A DNA stretch of 59,253 nucleotides, filler included, from Candidatus Coatesbacteria bacterium (GTDB lineage Bacteria; JAFGND01): the NCBI GenBank assembly GCA_016927185.1. It is 3 parts of 3 records of this genome, joined end to end, with 100 filler letters (N's around TTAATTAATTAA, not from the genome) between each part and the next. Parts side by side here need not be neighbours in the genome. Positions count along the whole stretch, not along the records: positions 31,394 to 48,527 come from JAFGND010000048.1; 2 more parts are not named here. One strand, 5' to 3'. The notes beneath the pieces are model-generated. The model had not been told where the DNA came from. It made no database searches and worked only from the letters and a program-made list of their open reading frames with translations. The position numbers and the translations under genes are program-made. Positions 38,220-47,294 of this stretch are shown here, piece after piece. Within the stretch, counting starts at the first letter, position 1. Every line of letters begins with the position of its first letter.

Positions 38220-38728
38220 TAGCTCTTGCTTTCCCCCTTGCCTGAATCTTTTGGAGTATCTTCCTTAACTTCCACTTTCTGCTCAGCACAGAAGGACTTG
38301 AATGCAGTGTTAAACTCCTCCTGTTTTGTTTTAGCTATCTCAAGCTGTTTTACAAGATTATCTCTTTTCTCATTATAATTCTCCTTGGTAATCTCTTTAA
38401 CGAAATCCTGATAACTTTCAAGAAGATATTTTCTTGCTTTTATGTTTTTTGCATGGACAAGTTGTAGGTTTTTGTCATTTATCTTCACGGTTTCCAGATA
38501 CTTGACTGAGGCATCAACAGTGGGTATAAGCTCCTTATTGACTTTCTCAATATAGGTTTTCATCTCTATCTCATCCTTGAATTTCTCTGCAGTAGTCCAG
38601 TTTGAAAAGAACTTGTCCAGTTTCTGGTTATCATCTGAAATCTGTCTTGCATAATTGGCAAGTTCCTCATTCTTGTTGCCGCATGAAATAAAGACTATTC
38701 CGATTAGAAGAATTAATATTTTTTTCAT
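38219..38728 (-). CDS. Hypothetical alpha-helical lipoprotein
   Basis: MKKILILLIGIVFISC lipobox; helical-bundle-like sequence. Confidence 0.75.
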   Translation of the reverse strand: MKKILILLIGIVFISCGNKNEELANYARQISDDNQKLDKFFSNWTTAEKFKDEIEMKTYIEKVNKELIPTVDASVKYLETVKINDKNLQLVHAKNIKARKYLLESYQDFVKEITKENYNEKRDNLVKQLEIAKTKQEEFNTAFKSFCAEQKVEVKEDTPKDSGKGESKS

Positions 38729-39876
38729 TCCTTTTCCTCCAAAATCCTTTTTACCTTAATAGCTGATGATATAATGCTTTCAACCTCTCCATCAATTATT
38801 GCTGCCACATCAATTTCAAAAAGCCCCTTGCTTTTTCTGCCAATTACAGATGGATCTGAAAGCCTGAATAATCTTGCAACTTTTTCTATGGGATAATCTT
38901 TTTCGTCAAGTGCAACTGCAAAAGAAGGCAAATCATGCATTGGCAAGGCACCACTTCCAAGCCTCCCTATACTTTCAACCAAGGTTGCCTTGAAACCGAT
39001 TTCCTGAAATGATACTGCAATTTTTTCTGCTATTTTTTTCCTGTCATTTATGTTCCGGTAAATCAGTTCATGTGACAAAGTCGGATATTTCTTAAAGGAC
39101 AGATAATTATCAAGAGTGAATCCTAGCAGAAGAGCAGTTATCTTATCTATTCTTACAGCTCTTGCGATAGGATTCTTCCGCACTCTGCTTATTATATACT
39201 TGTCTGCTACAATTATTCCACATTGAGGACCTCCCAGGAGTTTGTCTCCACTGAAACATACCGCAGAAAGACCTATACCTGATAGATTTTTTATGCATTC
39301 CTCTGGGATATCTCCTGTAATCTGGCCACTTCCTATATCATATATGACCTGGATGTTCCTTTCCCGCCCAATCTCGATAGATTCCTTTAACAGAGGAAAT
39401 GATGACATTGTTTCAATCCTGTAGTTGGATGTATGAGTTTTCAGGATTAATTCCGGTTTAATCTCATCAACTGCTTTCCTTAACTCATCAAGTGAGCATC
39501 CATCCATTGCACCAACCGGGAATAAACTAGCTTGTGACATTTCGACAACTTCAGGAACCCTGAATGATCCTCCGATTGCTACAAGTTCAGATCTCAATGC
39601 AAGGACTTTTTTCCCTCTTGCAAGTGTTGAAATAAGTGCTAACAGTGCTCCAGCATTATTGTTGAAAATAGCTGCACTTTCGAAACCTGTCAGTCTTGTT
39701 ATCCTGTTTTCAAGTTCTTCCTGTCTTTCACCCCGTTCCCCAGTATCAAGATTGAATTCCAGGTCAAGATAACCAGATGCCATATCTGACAATTTTTCAA
39801 TGATATCCTTGCCAAGAGGAGCTCTTCCGAGACCGGTATGAAGTATCACTCCTGTTGCATTTATTACTTTTCTCAT
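38725..39876 (-). CDS. selA: L-seryl-tRNA(Sec) selenium transferase-like protein lacking the N-terminal domain
   Basis: VINATGVILHTGLGRAPL, NNNAGA, IGGSFR.P, H.SNY, D.GSG, SGDKLLGGPQ.G (PLP lysine), RA.R.DK; only 383 aa. Confidence 0.8.
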   Translation of the reverse strand: MRKVINATGVILHTGLGRAPLGKDIIEKLSDMASGYLDLEFNLDTGERGERQEELENRITRLTGFESAAIFNNNAGALLALISTLARGKKVLALRSELVAIGGSFRVPEVVEMSQASLFPVGAMDGCSLDELRKAVDEIKPELILKTHTSNYRIETMSSFPLLKESIEIGRERNIQVIYDIGSGQITGDIPEECIKNLSGIGLSAVCFSGDKLLGGPQCGIIVADKYIISRVRKNPIARAVRIDKITALLLGFTLDNYLSFKKYPTLSHELIYRNINDRKKIAEKIAVSFQEIGFKATLVESIGRLGSGALPMHDLPSFAVALDEKDYPIEKVARLFRLSDPSVIGRKSKGLFEIDVAAIIDGEVESIISSAIKVKRILEEKE

Positions 39877-40256
39877 ATATCTTCTTCCATGCTGAATGCA
39901 TTTTCAAGGTGCTCAATACTATAGGGTTCTTTACTCATATCTATTGCTATAACATCAAATCTGTATGAATTTCTGTCAGATGTATTCATCAGAAAAGAAT
40001 TTGCTGCTGCAATTATATTACTCATCTTGTTCTTTGTTATCCTGTACTGAGCTTCGCCGAATTGCTTGCTGCTTACTGATTTTACTTCTACGAATACTAT
40101 GTAATCATCAGGACTTTTTGCTATAATATCTATATCAAAATGACTTGCATGAAACCTTTTCTCTATTATTTCGTAATCCTTTTCAAGAAGATATTTCTCG
40201 GCAATCCTTTCCGATTCTATTCCAATTGAGTAGGAAGTTCTCTTTTTTTCATTCAT
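39873..40256 (-). CDS. yraN: YraN family (UPF0102) nuclease-like protein
   Basis: G...E..A..YL...Y.I, DIDIIA, VFVEVK, RFDVIAI, HLENAF. Confidence 0.88.
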   Translation of the reverse strand: MNEKKRTSYSIGIESERIAEKYLLEKDYEIIEKRFHASHFDIDIIAKSPDDYIVFVEVKSVSSKQFGEAQYRITKNKMSNIIAAANSFLMNTSDRNSYRFDVIAIDMSKEPYSIEHLENAFSMEEDI

Positions 40257-40343
40257 TCTGTTTTCCTGAGACGCAATACAAGATAAGACTTGATCTTATC
40301 TGAATATTTTATGTCAAGTATCTATTGGAAGCCGCAATTCATT

Positions 40344-41132
40344 TCAGGTTCTGTGTTTAAGTACTTCCTCTATTTTTATATCAGGATTCTGAAACCTTTT
40401 CCTGTCTCTTGTCTTGTCTGAATATTCGATTGCCAGCGAAGGGCACCATTGAATGCAAGCCATGCAAAGCTCACATTTATGCTGCCATGTTGGTCTGTCG
40501 TCTTCAATCACAATATTATTGACAGGGCAAATGCGTTCGCATAATCTGCATGAAGTGCATTTATCATTTACCTCGAAATTGTTATCATATGTTGAGAACT
40601 TATTGGCATAAATTCTATGTATTCCTGACAGAAACCAGCTGTATATTACAGATGAAGTTTCTATTGCAGTTGCCTTCTTTTGTTTAACAATACCTGCGAT
40701 TTCTTTTATTCTCTTTTTTTCCTGGATATAAATGCCTTTCTGTTTTTCAGTATCCCATGCGCCATACATCGGGATATAATTACCTGGCATCAAGACTATG
40801 AAACCAGCACTTAGTTTCAAGCCCTGCTTTTCAAGAGCAGATGCAGTATTTTTCAAGGCATTGCCTGCAACACTACCTGCATTAGCAATACTAAAGATAT
40901 ACTTCTTTTCATCACCCTTGAGACTTCCTATGAAACTCTTTACTATATTGGGCATACCGAAATAATAAACGGGATACAATATTCCTGTTATATCTGAGTC
41001 AATCTCTATTTCTTCCTCCCTTGCTGCTTTTGCAATGTCAACAAGCTCGCATTCTGAAAACTCAGCCGCAAGATCTTTCGCAATAGATAAAGTATTACCT
41101 GTTCCAGTGAAAAAATAGATTCTTGTACTCAT
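40344..41132 (-). CDS. EFR1 family flavodoxin-ferredoxin fusion
   Basis: YFFTGTGNT, PVYYFG.P, MPGNY; CTSCRLCERICP and CELCMACIQWCP [4Fe-4S] motifs; AGGAG RBS before ATG 41132. Confidence 0.9.
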   Translation of the reverse strand: MSTRIYFFTGTGNTLSIAKDLAAEFSECELVDIAKAAREEEIEIDSDITGILYPVYYFGMPNIVKSFIGSLKGDEKKYIFSIANAGSVAGNALKNTASALEKQGLKLSAGFIVLMPGNYIPMYGAWDTEKQKGIYIQEKKRIKEIAGIVKQKKATAIETSSVIYSWFLSGIHRIYANKFSTYDNNFEVNDKCTSCRLCERICPVNNIVIEDDRPTWQHKCELCMACIQWCPSLAIEYSDKTRDRKRFQNPDIKIEEVLKHRT

Positions 41133-41251
41133 AAAACTCCTTTTGAGCTGCATGCAGCTTTTATATCAGGCTTTAATGTCAATGATTTATAATTTCCTCT
41201 TGACATAATGCAAATAAGATAATTTCAAGAAATAAACATTAAAGGAGGGAT

Positions 41252-41611
41252 ATGTTTAGTGAACAGATTATAATGAAAAACATGCAATTCTATGCTTTTC
41301 ATGGAATTAGGGAAACAGAGAAAATAGAAGGACAGCTTTTTCAAATGGATCTTATAATAAGTGCAAACCTGGAAATGGCTGCTGAAAAAGATGATTTGAA
41401 GGAAACAATCAATTATGAAGCAGTTTATAAATTAGTTGACAGGATTGTAAAGACGAATAAATTTCATCTGCTTGAAGCTTTGGCAAATTCAGTTGCAAAA
41501 CAAATAAAACAGGAATATGCGAATGTTCTGGAAGTGGAGGTCACAGTAAGAAAACCCAAGGTTTCAATAAATGCAATAATGGATTATGTTGCCATCAAAG
41601 TAAAAAGATAG
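41252..41611 (+). CDS. folB: Dihydroneopterin aldolase
   Basis: FYAFHG...E...GQ.F..DL, DDL.ETINY, LLEALA, V.VRKP. Confidence 0.93.
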   Translation: MFSEQIIMKNMQFYAFHGIRETEKIEGQLFQMDLIISANLEMAAEKDDLKETINYEAVYKLVDRIVKTNKFHLLEALANSVAKQIKQEYANVLEVEVTVRKPKVSINAIMDYVAIKVKR

Positions 41612-41665
41612 ACTTCCTTTTTCTTTGTGAATATGTTACTTAAAGGAAATTAAACAGGAAATACT

Positions 41666-41968
41666 ATGTCCTTATCTTTCAAAAAAGGCGAAATAGCTGC
41701 TGAAAGGATTTTTACATTGACTATGGGAGAGGCAGATGAGCACAGAATGGAGATGGCCTGTATTTATCTTGAGGATTCAGGTTTGTACAGCGTATTCAGA
41801 CTAAAAACAAAAATATATGTAATCTGGAATGATGAAGAAACAACGCCAATTCATCCTGCCTTTTTTGTTAATGGCAAATATGCAACGGATCCTCCAAACC
41901 TTTCATGGTATGAAAACAAGCCTGGAGAAAGAATAATAATAAAGAATTACAAGGTGATTTTGAAATAA
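41666..41968 (+). CDS. Hypothetical protein
   Basis: 100-aa ORF translationally coupled (TAATG) to the folK fusion; no recognised motif. Confidence 0.6.
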   Translation: MSLSFKKGEIAAERIFTLTMGEADEHRMEMACIYLEDSGLYSVFRLKTKIYVIWNDEETTPIHPAFFVNGKYATDPPNLSWYENKPGERIIIKNYKVILK

Positions 41969-42918
41969 TGGCAGAAATAGTACTTAACCTTGGCAGTAAT
42001 ATCAAGCCAAGAATGCAGCATATAAGACGGGCTATAGGATTGTTGTCCAGAGAAAATGAAATATCAGCAATCTCCTGTTATTATGAAACAGAGCCAATTT
42101 TACTTCAGGATGATGGAGGCAACTTTCTCAATATATCGCTTTGCCTTAATACAAAGAACTCTCTGGAAAAGGTGTTTTCGGAATGCCGTCTTGTTGAAAA
42201 TATCATTGAAAAAAGGGAAAAGGGTAATTACCTGTCTAGAGCTATTGATATTGACTTGATATATGCAGGCAACTTGACAGCAGATACAGAAGAATTGAAA
42301 GTTCCTCACAGGGGAATAACAGAAAGAAGTTTTTTTCTTTATCCTTTGTTCGATTTGAAGCCATCAGCAATAGATCCTGACACTGGCAAGACATATTTCA
42401 CATCAAACTGGCAGAAAGCTTCCCCACCGATATTGAGAAGTTTCAATTATACTTTAAAACAGAATCCGCTTCGCATATTGATAATATGCTCTGGAAACAT
42501 TTGCAGAAGTCCTTTTGCAGAAGCAGTTTTGAGAGAGATGATGAGAGATTCAGCTATAGTCAAAAGCGCTGGGATTCTTGGAATAGAAAATGAGAAAGCA
42601 AGTCCTTATGCATTCTCAGAAGCAAGAAAAAGAGGTTATGATCTCAGTTTTCATAAGTCAACAGCACTTATTAAGGAAACAGTGGACTGGGCTGACTTAA
42701 TTCTCGTAATGGATGAATCTCATTTCAAGCATATCAAGAAGAACTATCCTGCTGCCCTTTATAGAACCAGGTTCCTTGCAGGATGGAATGATATGATATC
42801 AATACAGGATCCTTATGGTGGAGATCTGGAAACCTACAGAAAGGCTTTTGATGAGATTGAGAAGTGTCTTTCTAAAATCAAAGACAGATTAGTAGATCTC
42901 AGGAATGATTTGTGTTAG
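41968..42918 (+). CDS. folK: FolK (HPPK) fused to a low-molecular-weight protein tyrosine/arginine phosphatase domain
   Basis: N-half LGSNI, YETEP, FLN, RAIDIDL, VPH...ERSF.L.PL. C-half CSGNICRSPFAE, SAG, ADLILVMD, I.DPYGG. Confidence 0.88.
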   Translation: MAEIVLNLGSNIKPRMQHIRRAIGLLSRENEISAISCYYETEPILLQDDGGNFLNISLCLNTKNSLEKVFSECRLVENIIEKREKGNYLSRAIDIDLIYAGNLTADTEELKVPHRGITERSFFLYPLFDLKPSAIDPDTGKTYFTSNWQKASPPILRSFNYTLKQNPLRILIICSGNICRSPFAEAVLREMMRDSAIVKSAGILGIENEKASPYAFSEARKRGYDLSFHKSTALIKETVDWADLILVMDESHFKHIKKNYPAALYRTRFLAGWNDMISIQDPYGGDLETYRKAFDEIEKCLSKIKDRLVDLRNDLC

Positions 42919-44563
42919 GTTTTGATAATTCCCTTTTGATGATACCTATATTTTTCCTGATGCTGCTATCAGATGGTTCTATTTCAAGAGCATCTTCGTA
43001 CATTTCAAGAGCTTCACGAAACTTATCTCTTGAATAGTAGATAGTGCCAGATTGTGTTATCAAAAGCATCAGTCTCCTCCTTGCAACTTTGTCTTCGCTG
43101 AAGTCCAGATGTTCCTTCAATTCAAGAAGTTTCCTCTTGTGATATGCAACATCGAAATCATTGAATTCTGATGAATCAATCCTGTGAAGCAATCCTGATG
43201 GTTTCAGGAAGCTGGCTTTTATAATGAAAAGATCACTTGGATTATATCTTATCAGATAATTCAGGTTTTTCTTCATGATTTTATCTGTGAAAGCATTATA
43301 AGGTTCTTTCTGGAATCTATATTTCCTGTATGGAATATACAACAAATCTGCATCTTTTCTCATTCCCTTGACATGCTTCATATAAGTGCAGCCAAAATAG
43401 ACTATGGAATTCTCAGTTGCCAGCAACCCCTTGAAAGGAATTTCAGAAAGATTCTTCCTTGCATAGAGCTCGGGTGAGCTTGTTGTTTTTACATATTCTG
43501 TCTTATAAATCATGCTGAACATAATTATCAACAAGACTGCATAATAGTATTTTTCACTTATTGCAAATCTGTTTGCAATGTTTTTAAGTCCGAAGATCGT
43601 AATATAGACTGCTAAACCATAAACGGGAATAAGATAAGCATCAAGTGCAAGAGAGTTACCCCAGAAATATAATGAAGTAAAAAGGTGGATAAAGAGTAAA
43701 GACAAGGCAAAAAAGATATTCCCGCTTCCATGAAAACTACTTGATTTGCCTGCTTTCAATCCCCTCTTTACGAATATGCCAATAAAGGCTATCAGGAAGG
43801 CAAAAATTAATCCCAAAGGAAACCAGCCTTTAGAAATCAATGCATTAACAAAACCTTCCTTGTTGAGTGAATGTCCAGTCAATTTTGAAGAGAATTCTCT
43901 TGCAAGAGTAAGATTAAGGAAATCCCTCAAGTTGTCTGGTGTCATCCAGTTCAATTCAGGATTCTGCACTGATCTGATGGGTATATAGATATATAATGTC
44001 ATTGCTGCAAGAAACAAGACTGATCCTGTAGTCAGTTTTCTCAAGTCCTTGAGTTCCTTTTTGAAGGGAATAAGAAGTACTGGCAAAGTAAATATATGCG
44101 ATGGATTATTGCATAAAGACAGACCAGTGAAATAGCAAAAAGCAAGAAAGTTCTTTTTCAGGATTGTAATGTAGATAATGCAAATAAGAAGAAAATGAAG
44201 GGAATATACTTCTCCCTGGAGTGAATTCATAGCAAGATATGGATTTGTGAAAAGCATGACAGCGAAAAAAGCAGAGGAAAGAGATATTTCTTTCTCGAGA
44301 TTTGATGACATCAAGAAGACAGCAAAAATTGAGGCAAGAAGCGGGAAAAGCAGCCAGGAATTTCCTGTCCCTCCCATAAGTAATGTAAAAAACCTGCCAA
44401 TCAATATGAAAAGAGGATGTCCAGGACTATGTGAAATTCCCATGGTAAATGAGGCAGTCATGAATTCTCCAGCATCATCCCAGTAAAGGGGATTACGCAA
44501 TCCTGACATATATAATGCCAATACTGATAATGTTATCAAGACCAGGATAATCCTTGTTTTCAC
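42899..44563 (-). CDS. DUF2723 (TMEM260-like GT-C glycosyltransferase) membrane protein with C-terminal TPR
   Basis: YWDDAGEF.....MGISHSPGHPLF, EVYSL, Y.YIPIRS..NP.LNW..P; TPR-like tail. GTG 44563 start inferred. Confidence 0.82.
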   Translation of the reverse strand: MKTRIILVLITLSVLALYMSGLRNPLYWDDAGEFMTASFTMGISHSPGHPLFILIGRFFTLLMGGTGNSWLLFPLLASIFAVFLMSSNLEKEISLSSAFFAVMLFTNPYLAMNSLQGEVYSLHFLLICIIYITILKKNFLAFCYFTGLSLCNNPSHIFTLPVLLIPFKKELKDLRKLTTGSVLFLAAMTLYIYIPIRSVQNPELNWMTPDNLRDFLNLTLAREFSSKLTGHSLNKEGFVNALISKGWFPLGLIFAFLIAFIGIFVKRGLKAGKSSSFHGSGNIFFALSLLFIHLFTSLYFWGNSLALDAYLIPVYGLAVYITIFGLKNIANRFAISEKYYYAVLLIIMFSMIYKTEYVKTTSSPELYARKNLSEIPFKGLLATENSIVYFGCTYMKHVKGMRKDADLLYIPYRKYRFQKEPYNAFTDKIMKKNLNYLIRYNPSDLFIIKASFLKPSGLLHRIDSSEFNDFDVAYHKRKLLELKEHLDFSEDKVARRRLMLLITQSGTIYYSRDKFREALEMYEDALEIEPSDSSIRKNIGIIKRELSKPNTNHS

Positions 44564-44686
44564 GAAGTAAAGACATTCATATATATTGATTTCTATGCAA
44601 GCTAAGAAATTACTTGTCAAAAAAAATAATTCCATGAACTTTAGTAATTAATAAAAAATATATGCAGGGAAGTAAGTGGAGAGCAA

Positions 44687-45859
44687 ATGATTGTAAAAGG
44701 AAGGAAAAGATTAGTATTTAAGCTGCTAATTTTGCTGCTATTAGTAGTTTTCATTGAAGGGGCATCAAGATTAGTATTTTATGCATTCAAGACTTCAAGA
44801 GCAGCACAATCCAAGAAATTCAGAGCAGTTTCAGATGAGAGAAGAAGCAGAATCAATAATCCAGTAAGAGCATTTGATTATCCTTATCTTCCTTTTATTC
44901 CAAAGCAGAACACAAATCCTGTTCATAATGCCAGCAAGAAAGGCTTCAGGGGAAAGGATTTCAAGAAGGAAAAAGCAGAGGGAAACTACAGAATATTCTG
45001 TCTTGGAGGCTCTACTACATATGGAATATCGTTGAAAGAGGAAGAAACATATCCCCATAATCTGGAAGTCTTTCTGAATGAATACTTCAAAAGCAAGATT
45101 AAAGGGAAGATAGAGGTCATAAATGCAGGTGAGATAAGCTGGACAAGCATGGAGTTATTGATACAGATGTCTGTAAGATGTATGCAATATGATCCAGATT
45201 TGTTCATTTATTATGAAGGGATTAATGATGTATCACCTGCTTTTGTAAATGCAGGCATGAAGTTCTCTGGAGATTATTCCCATTACAGATCAGGGGAATT
45301 CAATCCTCCAAAATTGTCCTTCTTCGATAAAGTTCCCAGATGTCTTGATTATTCTGCCTTGTTTACATTGATAAGATGGAGAATTCTGAGAAAAGATCCT
45401 ACAATGGGGCTTTTATGGACAAATCAAGCAGGTGCTGGATTAGAGAAATACAAACCTGTTATCAAGAAAGAGAATTACGTTGGACTGGAAGTTCTAAGGA
45501 GAAATCTTGTATCGATGGCAGGGATAGCAAGTATTCACAAGATACCTCTTGTTTTCTTTCCTCAGTTTTATCAACAACGAGGAAGCGGCAGGAGTTCGGG
45601 AGCAAATATCTGGGGTTCTGAAGAAATAACAAATGCAATGAAAGAGAATTATGAAATACAGAAAGATGTTGCAAAGCAATTTACTGACTGGGTAATTTAT
45701 ATTGATATACTTAAAGAATTCAATGAAGTGAAAGAGGAGCTTACAGATGCTATTCATTTCACTCCCAAGGGAAGTGCAAAATTAGCTGTAATAATGGGTA
45801 ATCATCTTGTTCCTGTTTTGGATAAGGAATTCAAGAGAAAAGGATTGTATAAAGAATAA
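44687..45859 (+). CDS. Membrane-anchored SGNH/GDSL hydrolase
   Basis: N-terminal TM helix; GFRG, IFCLGGSTTYG, EVINAG, GIND, DAIHFT. Confidence 0.85.
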   Translation: MIVKGRKRLVFKLLILLLLVVFIEGASRLVFYAFKTSRAAQSKKFRAVSDERRSRINNPVRAFDYPYLPFIPKQNTNPVHNASKKGFRGKDFKKEKAEGNYRIFCLGGSTTYGISLKEEETYPHNLEVFLNEYFKSKIKGKIEVINAGEISWTSMELLIQMSVRCMQYDPDLFIYYEGINDVSPAFVNAGMKFSGDYSHYRSGEFNPPKLSFFDKVPRCLDYSALFTLIRWRILRKDPTMGLLWTNQAGAGLEKYKPVIKKENYVGLEVLRRNLVSMAGIASIHKIPLVFFPQFYQQRGSGRSSGANIWGSEEITNAMKENYEIQKDVAKQFTDWVIYIDILKEFNEVKEELTDAIHFTPKGSAKLAVIMGNHLVPVLDKEFKRKGLYKE

Positions 45860-45872
45860 ACAAGGCTTCTTT

Positions 45873-46067
45873 ATGAGAAAAGCAGTTTTCATTATTCTTA
45901 CCTTTATTATGGTAATAGTATTGATAGAAGGTTCTTCAAGAGCGGTATTCTACTTATCAGTAACTTCATGCTCAGATGAATCTGAAAAATTCTGGTTACT
46001 TGCCAGAGATAGGAAGGAAGAAGTCATAAACACTGGAGATGTAAGCTGGAATAACCAGGAATTATAG
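45873..46067 (+). pseudogene. Internally deleted remnant of a third SGNH paralog
   Basis: MRKAVFIILTFIMVIVLIEGSSRAVFY..TS..ES.KFWL joins directly to EVINTGDVSWN, then stops. The catalytic GGS block and the C-terminus are missing. Confidence 0.75.
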
Positions 46068-46107
46068 ATAAGATAATAGAAGAAAGGATTTTTTTCAGGA
46101 AAGAGAA

Positions 46108-47280
46108 ATGCATATGAGTAAATTGAAAAAAATGATCTTTGTTTTTTTCACGATATTATTCATGATTGTATTAATAGAGGCAACTTGCAGGATTGTTTTC
46201 TATTGTTTCAAGACTTCAAGAGCAGCGGAATCCAAGAAATTCTGGTTGTTTTCAATGATAAGAAAGAATTCCAACAAAAATCCACATTATTATAGCTTTC
46301 CATATCTGCCATATATACCTCATCAAAACAAAACCCCAAACACCTACACTAATTCAAAATCATTCAGGGGTTATGAATTCAATGAAAAGAAGGGAAAAGA
46401 TGACATAAGGATTTTCTGTCTAGGCGGTTCAACAACATATGGATATGATCATGAAATAGAAAGCACTTATCCTTATATGCTGGAAAAGAAGCTAAATGAA
46501 TATTATAAAGGCAAGTTAAAAGGCAAGATAGAAGTTATAAATGCTGGTGATCTTGGCTGGAACAGCATGGAGTTATTGATACAGATGTCTGTAAGATGCT
46601 TGCAGTATGATCCAGATTTATTCATATTTTATGAAGCAATAAATGATTGCACGCCAGCTTTTCTCAATAAAGACAAGGGGGTTACTGTTTTTGAAGGCGA
46701 TTTCAGTCATTGCAGAAGGAAACTTAAACCGCAAGACAAAACCTGCTTTGATACTCTTCCAAGATGGCTTGATTATTCAGCCTTGTTCACTATGGTAAGA
46801 TGGCGGGTTCTATTGGATACCAAGTTTATGGGATTAGTCTGGGCAACACAAGCAGGATGTGAAAAGTATTATCCAGTTTACAACAACGAGAATTTTGTTA
46901 CTCTTGAGGTGACAAAAAGAAATCTGAAAACAATGGCTGGAATCTCTAAAGCCCACAGAATTCCTATTGTATATATAACTCAATTCTATGCAGAGGATCA
47001 TTACAAGAAGGGAGAGAGGAGATGTTTTTTGTGGAGTTACCCAGTACTCACTGAAAAGATAAAAGAAATTTACCAAATGCAAAAGCAAATAGCTGATGAG
47101 AATCCTGATTGGGTTTATTATATTGATATTATTGAAGATATGAAGCCTTATTCTACCGAAGTAACAGATGCTGTCCATATGACAATAAAAGGGAACGACA
47201 TACTGACTGAATTGATGAAGAAAAAGCTTATCCCTGTTATAGATACAATATTACTTAGAAAGGCAGAAGAAAAGCAATAA
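46108..47280 (+). CDS. Membrane-anchored SGNH/GDSL hydrolase (paralog of 44687-45859)
   Basis: Same length (390 aa) and same blocks: LGGSTTYG, EVINAG, AIND, DAVH. Confidence 0.85.
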   Translation: MHMSKLKKMIFVFFTILFMIVLIEATCRIVFYCFKTSRAAESKKFWLFSMIRKNSNKNPHYYSFPYLPYIPHQNKTPNTYTNSKSFRGYEFNEKKGKDDIRIFCLGGSTTYGYDHEIESTYPYMLEKKLNEYYKGKLKGKIEVINAGDLGWNSMELLIQMSVRCLQYDPDLFIFYEAINDCTPAFLNKDKGVTVFEGDFSHCRRKLKPQDKTCFDTLPRWLDYSALFTMVRWRVLLDTKFMGLVWATQAGCEKYYPVYNNENFVTLEVTKRNLKTMAGISKAHRIPIVYITQFYAEDHYKKGERRCFLWSYPVLTEKIKEIYQMQKQIADENPDWVYYIDIIEDMKPYSTEVTDAVHMTIKGNDILTELMKKKLIPVIDTILLRKAEEKQ

Positions 47281-47294
47281 ATATAGTCGTTACC

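Noticed and set aside
38725-39876. Selenoproteins or tRNA-Sec near selA
   Set aside because: TGA-ending ORFs I checked end at natural family C-termini or ATGA overlaps. No tRNA-like cloverleaf was seen in intergenic gaps.
40281-40301. AGATAAGA-N5-TCTTATCT inverted repeat upstream of yraN
   Set aside because: It could be an operator or weak hairpin, but it is AT-rich, single-copy and not assignable.
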